NCBI RefSeq assembly: GCF_032444005.1 | Contig: NC_091283.1 | Span: forward strand, 106,764,001 to 106,828,000 | Direction of reading: 5' to 3' | Source of the DNA: Ranitomeya imitator | Taxonomy: Eukaryota | DNA: 64,000 nt | The notes under the pieces: model-generated | What the model was told of the DNA's origin: nothing | The model's database searches: none | What the model saw: only the letters and a program-made list of their open reading frames with translations | Shown here: in pieces, positions 1-13,408 of the stretch | Position numbering within the stretch: the first letter of the stretch is position 1 | How the letters are laid out: every line of letters begins with the position of its first letter | Position numbers and translations under genes: made by a program

Positions 1-216
1 CGCGAGTTGGGCTCTGCATGCCACCACATTGGATTTGAAATGAAACCTCTACAACAGAATTCAAGTGCAGATTGTAACGTTTAATTTGAAGGGTTGAACA
101 AAAATATCTGATAGAAAATGTAGGAATTGTACACATTTCTTTACAAACACTCCACATTTTAGGAGGTCAAAAGTAATTGGACAAATAAACATAACCCAAA
201 CAAAATATTTTTATTT

Positions 217-1254
217 TCAATATTTTGTTGCAAATCCTTTGGAGGCAATCACTGCCTTAAGTCTGGAACCCATAGACATCACCAAACGCTGGGTTTCCTC
301 CTTCTTAATGCTTTGCCAGGCCTTTACAGCCGCAGCCTTCAGGTCTTGCTTGTTTGTGGGTCTTTCCGTCTTAAGTCTGGATTTGAGCAAGTGAAATGCA
401 TGCTCAATTGGGTTTAGATCTGGAGATTGACTTGGCCATTGCAGAATGTTCCACTTTTTGGCACTCATGAACTCCTGGGTAGCTTTGGCTGTATGCTTGG
501 GGTCATTGTCCATCTGTACTATGAAGCGCCGTCCAATCAACTTTGCAGCATTTGGCTGAATCTGGGCTGAAAGTATATCCCGGTACACTTCAGAATTCAT
601 CCGGCTACTCTTGTCTGCTCTTATGTCATCAATAAACACAAGTGACCCAGTGCCATTGAAAGCCATGCATGCCCATGCCATCACGTTGCCTCCACCATGT
701 TTTACAGAGGATGTGGTGAACCTTGGATCATGTGCCGTTCCCTTTCTTCTCCAAACTTTTTTCTTCCCATCATTCTGGTACAGGTTGATCTTTGTCTCAT
801 CTGTCCATAGAATACTTTTCCAGAACTGAGCTGGCTTCCTGAGGTGTTTTTCTGCAAATTTAACTCTGGCCTGTCTATTTTTGGTATTGATGAATGGTTT
901 GCATCTAGATGTGAACCCTTTGTATTTACTGTCATGGAGTCTTCTCTTTACTGTTGACTTAGAGACAGATACACCTACTTCACTGAGAGTGTTCTGGACT
1001 TCAGTTGATGTTGTGAACGGGTTCTTCTTCCCCCAATTAAGTATGCGGCGATCATCCACCACTGTTGTCATCCGTGGACGCCCAGGCCTTTTTGAGTTCC
1101 CAAGCTCACCAGTCAATTCCTTTTTTCTCAGAATGTACCCAACTGTTGATTTTGCTACTCCAAGCATGTCTGCTATCTCTCTGATGGATTTTTTCTTTTT
1201 TTTCAGCCTCAGGATGTTCTGCTTCACCTCAATTGAGAGTTCCTTTGACCGCAT
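217..1254 (-). CDS. Tc1-family transposase (DD34E), apparently intact, 345 aa
   Basis: N-terminal paired-like HTH, GRPR motif, WTDETK...DNDPKH...SPDLNPIEH with 34 residues between the second D and the E; ends SKGFATKY. Confidence 0.97.
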   Translation of the reverse strand: MRSKELSIEVKQNILRLKKKKKSIREIADMLGVAKSTVGYILRKKELTGELGNSKRPGRPRMTTVVDDRRILNWGKKNPFTTSTEVQNTLSEVGVSVSKSTVKRRLHDSKYKGFTSRCKPFINTKNRQARVKFAEKHLRKPAQFWKSILWTDETKINLYQNDGKKKVWRRKGTAHDPRFTTSSVKHGGGNVMAWACMAFNGTGSLVFIDDIRADKSSRMNSEVYRDILSAQIQPNAAKLIGRRFIVQMDNDPKHTAKATQEFMSAKKWNILQWPSQSPDLNPIEHAFHLLKSRLKTERPTNKQDLKAAAVKAWQSIKKEETQRLVMSMGSRLKAVIASKGFATKY

Positions 1255-1383
1255 GTTGTCTGCTCACAGCAACAGCTTCCAAATGCAAAACCACACACCT
1301 GGAATCCACCCCTGACCTTTTAACTACTTCATTGATTACAGGTTAATGAGGGAGACGCCTTCAGAGTTAATTGCAGCCCTTAG

Positions 1384-2662
1384 CCCCTTCATGACCGGGG
1401 GATTTTTCGTTTTTCCGTGTTCGTTTTTCGCTCCCCTCCTTCCCAGAGCCATAACTTTTTTATTTTTCCGTCAATTTGGCCATGTGAGGGCTTATTTTTT
1501 GCGGGACGAGTTGTACTTTTGAACGACATCATTGGTTTTAGCATGTCATGTACTAGAAAACGGGGAAAAAATTCCAAGTGCGGTGAAATGGCAAAAAAGT
1601 GCAATCCCACATTGGTTTTTTGTTTGGCTTTTTTGCTAGGTTCACTAAATGCTAAAACTGACCTGCCATTATGATTCTCCAGGTCATTACGAGTTCATAG
1701 ACACCAAACATGACTAGGTTATTTTTTATCTAAGTGGTGAAAAAAAATTCCAAACTTTGCTAAAAAAAAAAAAAAATTGCGCCATTTTCCGATACTCGTA
1801 GCGTCTCTATTTTTCATCATCTGGGGTCGGTTGAGGGCTTATTTTTTGCGTGCCGAGATGACGTTTTTAATGATAGCATTTCGGTGCAGATACGTTCTTT
1901 TGATCGCCCGTTATTGCATTTTAATGCAATGTCGCGGCGACCAAAAAAACGTAATTCTGGCGTTTCGAGTTTTTTTCCCGCTACGCTGTTTAGCGATCAG
2001 GTTAATACTTTTTTTTAATTGATAGATCGGGCGATTCTGAGCGCGGCGATACCAAATATGCGTAGATTTGATATTTTTTTTATTGATTTATTTTGATTGG
2101 GGCGAAAGGGGGGTGATTTAAACTTTTATGTTTTTTTTATTTTTTTCACATTTTTTTAAACTTTTTTTTTTAACTTTTGCCATGCTTCAATAGCCTCCAT
2201 GAGAGGCTAGAAGCAGGCACAACCCGATCGGCTCTGCTACATAGCAGCGATCTGCTGATCGCTGCTATGTAGCAGAATTGCACGTGTGCTGTGAGCGCCG
2301 ACCACAGGGTGGCGCTCACAGCGACGGGCAATCAGTAACCATAGAGGTCTCAAGGACCTCTATGGTTACCATTCACAAGCATCGCCGGCCCCCGATCATG
2401 TGACGGGGGTCGGCGATGACGTCATTTCCGGCCTCCCGGCCGGAAGCGGTAGTTAAATGCCGCTGTCTGCGTTTGACAGCGGCATTTAACTAGTTAATAG
2501 GTGCGGGCAGATCGCGATTCTGCCCGCGCCTATTATGGGCACATGTCAGCTGTTCAAAACAGCTGACATGTCCCGGCTTTGGTGCGGGCTCACCGCGGAG
2601 CCCTGCATCAAAGCAGGGGAGCCGGCATCGGACGGTATAGTACGTCCGATGCCGGTAAGGGG
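1384..2662. mobile_element. Non-autonomous piggyBac-type element with a TTAG target duplication
   Basis: Termini CCCCTT...AAGGGG; TTAG on both sides (1380-1383, 2663-2666); non-coding with internal palindromes. Confidence 0.85.
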
Positions 2663-3504
2663 TTAGAGTCCATTGTCCAATTACTTTTGGTCCCTTGAAA
2701 AAGAGGACGCTATGCATTACAGAGCTATGATTCCTAAACCCTTTCTCCGATTTGGATGTGGAAACTATCATATTGCAGCTGGGAGTGTGCACTTTCAGCC
2801 CATATTATATATATAATTGTATTTCTAAACATGTTTTTGTAAACAGCTAAAATAACAAAACTTGTGTCACTGTCCAAATATTTCTGGCCCTAACTGTAAG
2901 TGTATGGATCCTTGCCTTTTTATCTTTTTTCTATTTCTCATCATGTTTTTATTGCACAAAGTAAAATATGCTTTAACTTTTTATTTCTCTGGTGCTGAAG
3001 TTTCCGTGCATCCTGAATTTTCCTATTCATTCTAACCTGGAAGCCAGTCCGGTGTGTCTCTTACTGTATACTGCCTGCACCACACTATGACCACAGATGG
3101 TCAATGTCTTAAGGCTTTTTCAAGTGGAATTCCCATTTTTTCATTGTTTCTATTACATGGATAAATCATGTTGTATGCTATGCTCAGAGCACCAAGATTT
3201 TGGCAACCCAATCTTAGCCACACTCGTTCAGCATTTCTTTCAAGCCTGGCAGCAGAAGGTGACAGTGAGGGAGATTCAGTAGACCGCATGGGATAGTGGG
3301 GCATGGATCCAAATCCAGGATTGTCCATCTGTATCTGAAAGGACTTATGGATTTATTTTTTATTATTTCATTAATTAATTCATTCATTCATAGTTTTAGC
3401 ACATTCTTTTTTATAGTCTTCTATGTGGAGCCTGAAAGAATGCTTGTAAGAAAATCCAGTTGTGTTTTTAGGTGCAGAATCAAAACTTTTCTGTACTTTA
3501 AAAA

Positions 3505-4033
3505 TGTCATGGTTTGGGCAGGGTTAATGCCCTGCCCTCTCAGGGTTAGTTGTTGTGGCCTCTTTTTGGATCTGGGAGGGATATTTATACCCACTCTGGA
3601 CTAGGATTCTCTGTCAGTTATACGTCCATTCTGTCTGTGTGCCTGACCCCCTGGTGTGCGTGCCCATACTGTGTTGTTTGTTTGCTCTCCGTGCTTGATC
3701 TGGTCTGTTTGATTCTCTCAGCTTCTCTGCTTTGTGATTCTAGTCATTCGCTCACTTGGCTTTCTGACACCTGGCTTCCACCAGACTATCCTTCTATCTC
3801 ACCCTCCAGTACCTCGCTTATCTCCCGGTTATTGACCTTGGCATGTTTGACTACTCTCTGGCGCCGTTCTCCTCCTTTGCACACTGGCACCTGGCTCCGC
3901 GCCTTGCCACTCCCCCTCTGTCACATGGTTCAGGTCCTGCTTGCTACCCAGTGAGTTCTCCGCCATTCTGCTCTGGGCTCCCTTACTGGAGCGAGTAGCC
4001 TCCCGAAAGTAGGTACACCCGGAATCCCTGACA
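3505..4033. mobile_element. Probable solo LTR (~530 bp)
   Basis: TGTCA...TGACA termini, AAAAA on both flanks, pyrimidine-rich body. Confidence 0.6.
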
Positions 4034-4419
4034 AAAAAAGCATTAAAAACCAGTGCTTCAAATCTGCACCAAATAAAGGAGATGAAGCATACAAATGCAG
4101 CCAAAAATGCAATAATAAGAGAAGATTTTTATTGCATATTGTGGTGCTGACATCTGCAGAAACTATACAGCTAAAAAAAAAGAGCACAAAATGTGAATTT
4201 ACGCTATGTATAAACATGGGCTCAGTGTTAATTAAATTATTCATGGTTTAATAGAGGAAAAAAAGAATCTTGCCATTTTTTCACACTATTTACTGATCAC
4301 CACATATAATCTGTTCACTGTGTGTATACAGGTTGTTAAAATTAGAGACACACAATATGTCTATGTTATTTGAAGATTTGTGATGATTATTTTTTTTAAG
4401 TGCATTAAAATGTCACCTG

Positions 4420-4728
4420 CTTAACCCAGCAAGAAGAACGACGGAGTCTAAAAATCACTAAAATTGACAAATCCCCAGGCCCGGATGGGATACACCCCCG
4501 AGTACTGCAGGAATTAAGTACAGTCATTGATAGACCATTATTTTTAATCTTTAAAGATTCCATAATAGCAGTTTCTGTGTCACAGGACTGGCGTATAGCA
4601 AATGTGGTGCCAATATTCAAAAAGGGAACAAAAACTGAACTCGGAAATTATAGGCCAGTAAGCTTAACCTCTACTGTGGGTAAAATCCTGGAGGGCATTC
4701 TAAGGGATGCTATACTGGAGTATCTGAG
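4420..4728 (+). pseudogene. CR1 LINE ORF2 fragment
   Basis: Encodes DKSPGPDGIHPRVL...WRIANVVPIFKKG...NYRPVSLTS; homologous to 44860-45170. Confidence 0.9.
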
Positions 4729-5961
4729 GAGATGGGAATCAATGATGCATTTGCTAAAGATGGATGCCTTCATGGAGGCGCTGGCTGAATAGTCAGGCTG
4801 TATGTAACATTTACTGCGTGTCTGCAGCTCAACTGCAGTCTGATGGCAGTGGAACTTGTACTTGTCACATTGGTCACTCTGATCCATACAGCAGAGGTGT
4901 AGTCCTCATGGTAAGCAGGTATGAAATATATGGACCTTTCAAGGAACATCGACATATGAAATAGTTGCCTTGATGTCTGCAGGATTTTAGCGGATAAAGC
5001 AGGATAATCTATTTTTCTCCTCAGGAAATACGTCACAGTGAGCAGTCTATATAATTGTGGTCATACTAACATGGAATAAAACCCTTTATAAAATGCATTA
5101 GCTAAAGGAAATGGAAGAGATGAAAGCCGCCACATCTCCGTTTCCTTGAAAAACAATTATTCTAGACTACTTTATCCAAAATAAATGACTTGGAAAGACT
5201 ATTTAGAAGATTATATGAAAATAAAAGTGATAAAAATAGTTTCACAGTAAGCAATTATATTCATTGATGTATTTCTATGACACAGCAGGCAAGAAAACAA
5301 CTTGAGTACAATCACTTTAATTTGAAGCGCCGTGCAGTGAAGGCTACAATCTCCCATTATACTAAACAGCATATTTATTTTTAGTGTTCTCAAAAATGCC
5401 ATATAAGCATATTTTTAGCTCATTATAAAATAAGCAGAACAGAATAGAGCTCATTAGGAGGATTTTTTCATGTCTTGAAGGGAAAACAATAGGAGGTCTT
5501 GTCTTCTGCACTAACAGACCATCTGGGTCTTTATTTTGAGAATACTTTTTAACATTTTTTTTTATTTCTACTGCGAAAGTTCAATTGTTTCCTATGATAA
5601 AATATGGCATATTGATGACTCAAGCTATGATCTGGTAGAAACTGGTAAAGGATATCTAAAAAAGACACCAATATTATTACTAGCTGGGAAGTCTGGATAT
5701 TTTCTTCTTAACACCTTAATGACCAAGCCAAATTTTACAATTCTGACCACTGTCAATTTATGAATTATAACTCTGGAATGCTTCAACGGATCTCGCTGAT
5801 TCTGAGACTGTTTTTCATGACATATTGTACTTCATGATAGTCATAAAATTTCTTCGATATGACTTGCATTTATTTGTGAAAAAAAAAATTGGTGAAAATT
5901 TTTAAAATTTCTCAATTTTCAAACTTTTAATTCTTACGCCATTAAATCAGAGAGATATGTC

Positions 5962-8436
5962 CAGGGCCGGACTGGGACTAAAATTCAGCCCTGGCATTTG
6001 AAGTTACACAGGCCCACTTGTCACATGGTGACTGTATAATATCTTTGTAAACTTGTAGGCAGGGCCGGTTTTAGGCAAAGTGAGTCCCTAGGCAAAGTTT
6101 AAAATGGGGCCCAAAATGCAAATATATTGCACATCACACAAAAGCATTTCGGTTGCATTTACATGCGCTGAGTTCAGGCCGCTAAATGAGTTTGATCGAC
6201 AATACTGAAGTTGTTCAACACTTGTTTTCCGGCCTCTTTCCCCCAGCTGAGGAATAATGATGGGACAGAACGATCACTAACAGATCACCATACAGTATCA
6301 TGTTATCAGCAACACATCTACAGTTTACACTGGCGATGTGCTGCTGATAACAAGGATTTTTGTTCCGGCAAAAACAATCTGAATATGCAGCATTTTACTT
6401 GTTTAGTAAAATACACCCCATAGTCCTCCATATATTATAATGTGCACCACAGTCCTCCATATAGTATAATACACTCCCTATAGTCCTCCATATATTAAAA
6501 TACACTGCTTAATCTTCCACATAGTATATTACACTCCTCATAGTCCTTCATATTGTATAATACACTCATCAAAGTGCTCCATATAGTATAATTCTCCGCC
6601 ATAGTCATCCATGTAGTACAATTCACTTCCCATAGTATAATGCACCCCATAGTTCTTCATATAGTATAACGTATTCCCCATAGTTCTCAATACAGTATAA
6701 TGCAGCCCACATACAGTATAATGCAGCCACCACCCTACAGAGTATAATGCAGCCACCCCAGAGTATAATGTAACCCCCAAAAGAATATAATGCAGCCCCC
6801 CATAGAGTATGATGCAATCACTCCTCATAGAATATAAATATAATACAGCCCCCATAGAATATAATGTAGCCCCGTATGGAATAGAATACAGCCCACCTCC
6901 CCATAGAATATAATGCAGCCCCATCAAAGAGTATGATGCAATCATCCCTCATAAAATCTAATACAGCCCCCCATAGAATATAATGCAGCCCACCTCCCCA
7001 TAATATATAATGTAGCCCCCCATAGAATATAATGCAGCCCCCCCTAGTATATAACACAGCCTCCCCCATAGAATAGAATATACCCCCGCAATAGTATATA
7101 ACACAGCCACATAGTATATAGCACGGCCTCCCCCATAGAATATAATATACCTCCCATAGTATATATCAAAGCCCGCATATAATATAGCACAACTTGCATA
7201 GTATATATCACAGCCTGCATAATATAGCACAGCCCGTGTAGTAGTATACAGCACAGCCCGTGTAGTAGTATACAGCACAGCCCGCGTAGTAGTATATACA
7301 GCACAGCCCGCATAGTAGTATATACAGCACAGCCCGCATAGTAGTATATACAGCACAGCCCGCATAGTAGTATATACAGCACAGCCCGAGTAGTAGTATA
7401 TACAGCACAGCCCGTGTAGTAGTATATACAGCACAGCCCACATAGTAGTATATACAGCACAGCCCGTGTAGTAGTATATACAGCACAGCCCATGTAGTAG
7501 TATATACAGCACAGCCGGGTAGTAGTATACACAGCACAGCCCGCGTAGTAGTATATACAGCACAGCCCGCGTAGTAGTATATACAGCACAGCCCGTGTAG
7601 TAGTATATACAGCACAGCCCGCATAGTAGTATATACAGCACAACCCGCATAGTAGTATATACAGCACAACCCGCATAGTAGTATAAACAGCACAGCCCGC
7701 GTAGTAGTATATACAGCACAGCTCGCGTAGTAGTATATACAGCACAGCCCATGTAGTAGTATATACAGCACAGCCCACGTAGTAGTATACACAACACAGC
7801 CCGCGTAGTAGTATATACAGCACAGCCCGCGTAGTAGTATATACAGCACAGCCCGCGTAGTAGAATATACAGCACAGCCCCTGTAGTAGTATATACAGCA
7901 CAGCCCGCGTAGTAGTATATACACAGCACAGCCCACACAGTGGTATATACACAGCACAGCCCACACAGTGGTATATACACAGCACAGCCCACACAGTGGT
8001 ATATACACAGCACAGCCCACACAGTGGTATATATAGCACAACCCACATCTCATCCCCCCGATAATGGCTCCACAGTCCAGTTAAAAAAAAAAGAAAACAC
8101 TCTCCTCACCTTTCCTCTTGCCCGCGCTGCTCCTGGCTCCTGTCTCCTGATCGGCGGCTGCAGTCTGCCCAGGACACAGCAGGTGCGCGATGATATGACG
8201 TCATCGTGCACCCGCAGTGTCAGATGCAGAGCGGGGAATGATGGGAGAGGGAGCATCAGCGGATGCTCTCTCCTCCATCATTGCATTGAACTATACCGGC
8301 GTCATAGACACCGGTATAGTTGAATGCGGTGGCGACGGCACTGGCGGAGGGAGGGGGGGAAAGAGTGCAGCGGCCCACTACTGGCACCGGCCCTTCTGGC
8401 ATTTGCCAGAAGTGCCCGATGGCCAGTCCGACCCTG
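5962..8436. mobile_element. Non-autonomous hAT element filled with minisatellites
   Basis: TIR CAGGGCCGGACTGG / CCAGTCCGACCCTG; 8-bp TSD GATATGTC at 5954-5961 and 8437-8444. Confidence 0.9.
6420..8045. repeat. Compound minisatellite (~20-25-bp CCCATAGAATATAATGCAG-type units, then ~26-bp GCCCGCGTAGTAGTATATACAGCACA units)
   Basis: Tandem periodicity is directly visible and explains the YYY/CCI-rich ORFs. Confidence 0.95.
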
Positions 8437-8495
8437 GATATGTCACACAAAATAGATAATAAATAACATTACCCACATGTCTACTTTACATCAGT

Positions 8496-8781
8496 GATGT
8501 TGTGCAGGATAGTTTATGGATTTAGTCCGTGCTGCCACAATAATACAGATTCAAATGTAATGAAAAACTCTGGTGGTTTATTCAACGCGTTTCAAGGTCT
8601 ATCCGACCCCTTCATCAGGAAAATACCACAAAGACATCTTCGTGGCGGCCCATGGATCTGCAGCAGCCAATACGCACATGCTTTTGCTCTACACCATCAG
8701 GTGAGCAGCTCCCTGTTAAAAAACTGCCTTTAATCTGAGGATAAGACCCTATATGTGCTTTTTGTCTCCCTAATTTACTAG
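8496..8781. mobile_element. Short Penelope-derived insert with a 14-bp TSD
   Basis: TACTTTACATCAGT at 8482-8495 and 8782-8795; hammerhead motif on the minus strand; GGTGAG donor-like site on the plus strand. Confidence 0.75.
8581..8622 (-). ncRNA. Minimal type I hammerhead ribozyme motif with canonical core
   Basis: Minus strand reads UUC-CUGAUGA-A-GGGGUC-GGAUA-GACCUU-GAAAC-GC-GUU-GAA, with palindromic ACGCGU as stem III. Confidence 0.75.
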
Positions 8782-9637
8782 TACTTTACATCAGTACAAT
8801 TTTTGAAACACAATTGTTTTTGTTAGTAAGTTAGAAGGGTAAAAAATTGACCAGCAATTTCTAATTTTTCCAACAAAATTTACAAAACCATTTTTTTTGG
8901 GGCAACTGCACATTTGAAGTTACTTTGAGGAGCCTATATGACATAAAATACCCAAAAAGTGACACTATTCTAAAATCTGCACTCCCCAAGGTACTCAAAA
9001 CCACATTCAAGAAGTTTATTAACCCTTCAAGTGCTTCACGGGAACTGAAGCAATGTGGAAGGGAAAAATTAACATTTAATTTTTTTCATTTAAAATTTAC
9101 TTTAGATCCAAACTTTTTTATTTTCACAAGGGTAACAATAGAAAATGGGCCCAAACATTTGTTGTGCAATTTCTCCTGAATACGCCAATACCTTATTTTG
9201 GGGGAAAATCTACTGTTTGTGCGCACAGCAGGGCTCAGAAGGGAAGGAGCGCCATTTGACTTTTTGAATGTAAAATATGCTGGAATAATTAGCAAATGCC
9301 ATGTTGCATTTGGAGAGCCCCCGATGTGCCTAAACAGTGGAAATTTCTCATAAATGACACTATTTTGGAAAAAACCTGCAATGTAGTATATTTATTATGC
9401 ATATTATTTACTTTGACTAAATCTATTATTAGATAAATTAAATCTATGATTATACTTACTACACCCTGCTTTGCCCTTGTCTATTCTCATATGATGTATC
9501 TGTTTTACTATATGTACTTTTGTAGACTATAGTAGCATGCCTGTTTCTGCCATGAGGCGAGATGAGCGGTTTGATGTGTTCCTTAGGGGGTGACATTTGC
9601 CACTCACTGCTGCACAAAGGCATAGCATAGGCATATA

Positions 9638-9895
9638 CAGTACAGACCTAAAGTTTGGACACACCTTCTCATTTAAAGATTGTTCTGTATTTTCATGACT
9701 ATGAAAATTGTACATTCACACTGAAGGCATCAAAACTATGAACTAACACATGTGGAATTATATACTTAATAAAAAAGTGTGAAACAACTGAAATTATGTC
9801 TTATATTCTAGGTTCTTCAAAGTAGCTACCTTTTGCTTTGATGACTGCTTTGTACACTCTTGGCATTCTCTTGATGAGCTTCAAGAGGTAGTTAC
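9638..9895. mobile_element. Tc1-type terminal fragment (one TIR end)
   Basis: TA-CAGTACAGACCTAAAGTTTGGACACACC; reverse-complement counterpart at 42980-43330. Confidence 0.75.
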
Positions 9896-10017
9896 TGATG
9901 ATACACACTCCAATGCGCTTCCAAACTGAACTTCAAAACTTGATTTCTCTCTACTGAAGCACCACTTAGGGGTCATAAAAGAATTGACTGGCATATCTTT
10001 TAAAGGGTTAAACAGTC

Positions 10018-11395
10018 ATACGATATGATACGATACGATACACTTTATTGATCCCGTGGGAAATTATGGTATCACAGCAACACGACTTACATCATAAAAA
10101 TAATAGGAATTACATAGTTGACATGACAGTTTGTTGACAGAAGAACATTATACATTAGAATAGGACATACACAACAAGTGAACTGAAATGTAGAGAAATG
10201 AGTAGACTTTCACCTTGGTGGTTTAACCCTAATGTTATTGTTGTACATTCCCATGGCAGTTGGCACAAACTATTTCCTATATTTTTCCTTCTTACACCTC
10301 AGAAGTATAAGCCGGTTGCTGAAGGTGCTCTTCTGTCTCATGAATAGCTCATATAGTGGATGTGCATTATTGTTCATAATTGCCATACACTTTCTCAGAG
10401 TTCTTTTCTCCACTACCTCCCCAAAAGAGTCCAGCTTGCAGCCCACAGCAGAACTTGCCTTCTTAATAATCTTATTCAGCTTATTAGCATCAGAGGCCCG
10501 CACACTACTACCCCAGCACGTGATTGCAAAAAAGATGGCACTTGCCACCACAGATTGGTAGAACATTTCTAACATTTTGCTACACACATTAAAAGACCTC
10601 AGTTTCCTTAGGAAATACAATCTGCTCATCCCCTTCTTGTAGACAAACTCTGAGTGGCATCTCCAGTCCAGTTTGCTATCCAAATGGACCCCCAAATATT
10701 TGTAACTCTCCACCTGCTCTACCTCCTGACCAGCAATAGTGATCGGTAAGCATTCCATCTTTATCCTGCTATTGTTGGCCACCAACTCCTTAGTTTTCTT
10801 AACATTTAGTTGTAGATAGTTACCATTGCACCAATCCACGAAATTCGACACCACCCTTCTATATTCCTTATCCCCCTGATCTCCCCTAATGCATCCCACA
10901 ACCACAGAGTCATCCGAAAATTTTTGAAGGTGGCAAAGTTCAGATTTATACTGAAAGTCTGAAGTATACAGTGTGAATAGAAAGGGCGCAAGCACCGTTC
11001 CCTGGGGGGCACCCACACTGCTCAGTAATCCGCTTGACACCACTGCTCCCATCTGTACAAACTGTGGCCGATCTGATAGGTAGTCAGTTATCCAATTTCT
11101 CATCCCCTCCTCAACCTTCATATCAGTCATCTTTTTGTGTAGTAAAAGTGGCTGCAGGGAGTTAAATGCACTCGAGAAATCGAAGAACATCGCTCGCACC
11201 GTGGTACCATCAGTCTCCAGAAATGAATGTACCCTATGTAACAGAGAAAGAATAGCATCATCCACCCCCAATCTATGTCGGTAGGCAAACTGAAGGGGAT
11301 CGATAAAAGCATTGACCCTTGGTCTTAAGTGAGCAAGCACTAATCTTTCCAAGGCCTTCATAGCGTGAGATGTTAAGGCTACAGGACGATAGTTA
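10018..11395 (-). mobile_element. 5'-truncated Rex1/Babar-like LINE with open RT frame (10270-11395)
   Basis: YRPVALTS, DPLQFAY, FDFSSAFN, GAPQGTVLAPFLF, FSDD, YKYLG motifs; 3' end GGGATCAATAAAGTG followed by a (TATCG)n tail. Confidence 0.9.
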
Positions 11396-11814
11396 TATTT
11401 CTGGTTTGGGGTTGTAAACATTTATTTCAAGCTCCTTTTAATTTAGATACAGAAACAACTAAGGTATCAAACCTACAATATTATTATCGTGTTTCTCTTT
11501 TCGAAAGAAATATAACTTCATACCTGATGTCACACATGTAGAATAGATCTAGAGCTGTTTTAAAACTGGGCTGGAGGGAAAAATGCTTGTACAGCTGACA
11601 AATGTCAATATGGAAAATGTAGTTCAGAGCTCAGCAGAGGAGTTGTGACAAAGGACCAGAAGTCCTGGATGAAATAGAAGAACACCAGCTGGGTCAACGT
11701 AATGTAGGGAGAATGACTCAAAATTGTATCTGTGAGTTATTTATCTTTATACTTTTTTTATAACTAAATTTATCACAGTTTGTTAGTGACGTTTTGACTT
11801 CTGCAAAATATCTT

Positions 11815-12260
11815 TAGGTGATTTTGTCAGTAATAGGTGCTACTTGATAGGGCAGGGATACCTATTCCCTCATCATCCACTGCTCCATTGGAAAGAAATT
11901 CATGTTTTATTCATTTGGAAATTACGCTTCTTGTGCACTGGTGGGTATATCGGTGCGCTTACAGTCCTCACTCAGCTTCTCTTTTCCCCACTGGTACCAC
12001 TTCCCTATTGACAGTAGAGAGCAGAGGTGATGTCCTCCACAGAGCTTCTGTCTCCACTGTAAATCATAAAGTGGGTTTCTGGGCCAGCAGGGAGAAGCAA
12101 AGAGAAGCCAACGAGCCGACTGTAAATGCACAAATATGTCCACTAGTACACAAGGATTTGCACACAAATAAAACATGAATTTCTGCTGAACGGCTGATGC
12201 CACAATAGGTATCTTTGGAAATGTGTTACTCTGCCCTATCTTGCGGTACCTGAAGTTTAC
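11815..12260. repeat. Decayed palindromic MITE
   Basis: AATAAAACATGAATTTCT and AATAGGTATC occur in both orientations around a centre near 12030. Confidence 0.5.
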
Positions 12261-13408
12261 TGGCGAAATTCTTTCTGCAGGTTTCTTTAATAGCATTGAA
12301 TGTTAGTAATGTGAATGTGAGTAAATTATGGATTTAGGAATTCTCCCTGCCTGGATCCAGTGCTGAAGAACAGTGGTCACTATGCAAAAAAATAATTCAG
12401 CATTTTGAGTATTGATATATGTTTGGATTGTGACTCCTGTTCAAGGACCATGAAATTATCCTGCTTAAAACCAAACAGCATCTATCAAAGGCATATCGGA
12501 TTGTGCGAGGGAAATGGATGATAACTATTTCATATTTCTTCTCAAGTTCACGACCGCTAAGTCAAAGTTATATAGAACACATGTGACTTTTATATTCCTT
12601 GTAGCCAAGAATTTTTGAGTTTTTATATGGAGAACATATTATTATGTTGTAGTTTACTATACAGTTTGGAAAATACTCCTTTCCCCCATGGTCTTCAATA
12701 ATGCAAAAAATATACAGTAATATTAGTTAAGGGGAACTTGAAAGCTGATTTGGGCTGCACAAACTACTTGCAGCATGAATCAGAGTCTGACTGCATAATT
12801 TCAGACATGTATATGCTTTACTCTGAAATACTGGGGCGTTTCAGAAAAAATATATCAGAAAAAATATACGTTTATAGGCCAGAAGTGGACCATGTGGTTT
12901 TAGATGCTAGTCTAAGAGTCACAGGTGCCCCATTTGCGTTGAGTGAGAGGTCTCTCCCTATGTCTGTGTGTTTAGAGAGAGACACACTTAAAGGAAGCAG
13001 GGCAGGAGAAGACACCAGGGACTGGCCTCTTGGACTAGCCAACCTAGCAGCATGAATGTCTTCAATTAAACACTGCAGTTCTCCAGAGTAGAATATTCCT
13101 GCTGCTGTCCATGGTTAGTGCAACATAAATCAGATGTCAGGGTCACTTTAAATCATCCAAAGAACCAATTACCATCCAGCTCTATAAAGGACAGGAATCG
13201 TAGACCTTGTTTTCCTATAAGCTGGAGCACTACAATTGTGTTTTGTCTGTACACCTTTTGCCTCACATTAGAAATCTTTCTTTCCTTCCCTAAGGATATT
13301 TCCGGCACATGGTGCATTCCTTATCTGAACCTTAGCACAGATTATCCGATCATTTGATGTTTTTTTCTCCAGAAACATACTATCTCTATTTCTCAGACCG
13401 CCACTCAC

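Larger units (their letters stand above)
21..2896 (-). mobile_element. Tc1 DNA transposon, interrupted by a MITE; 3' terminal tip not seen
   Basis: 5' TIR (minus strand CAGTTAGGGCCAGAAATATTTGGACAGTG) ends at 2896 next to TA at 2897-2898. The element sequence resumes across the 1384-2662 insertion. The left boundary is approximate. Confidence 0.85.
5712..9370. mobile_element. Truncated left arm of the large piggyBac-type family, host to nested inserts
   Basis: Starts after TTAA (5708-5711) and is homologous to 18885-19790. Interrupted at 5962-8436 and 8496-8781. Right boundary approximate. Confidence 0.75.

Noticed and set aside
4648-5036. ORFs of 66-88 aa on both strands with plausible composition
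   Set aside because: No recognisable domain, conflicting frames, and no consistent exon chain with other candidates.
6538-8053. Long Tyr/Cys-rich ORFs in all three minus-strand frames
   Set aside because: They are translations of a minisatellite that lacks stop codons on that strand and lies inside a hAT MITE.
11837-12296. ORFs on both strands with apparent splice signals
   Set aside because: The region is an old inverted-repeat MITE and the peptides are unrecognisable.
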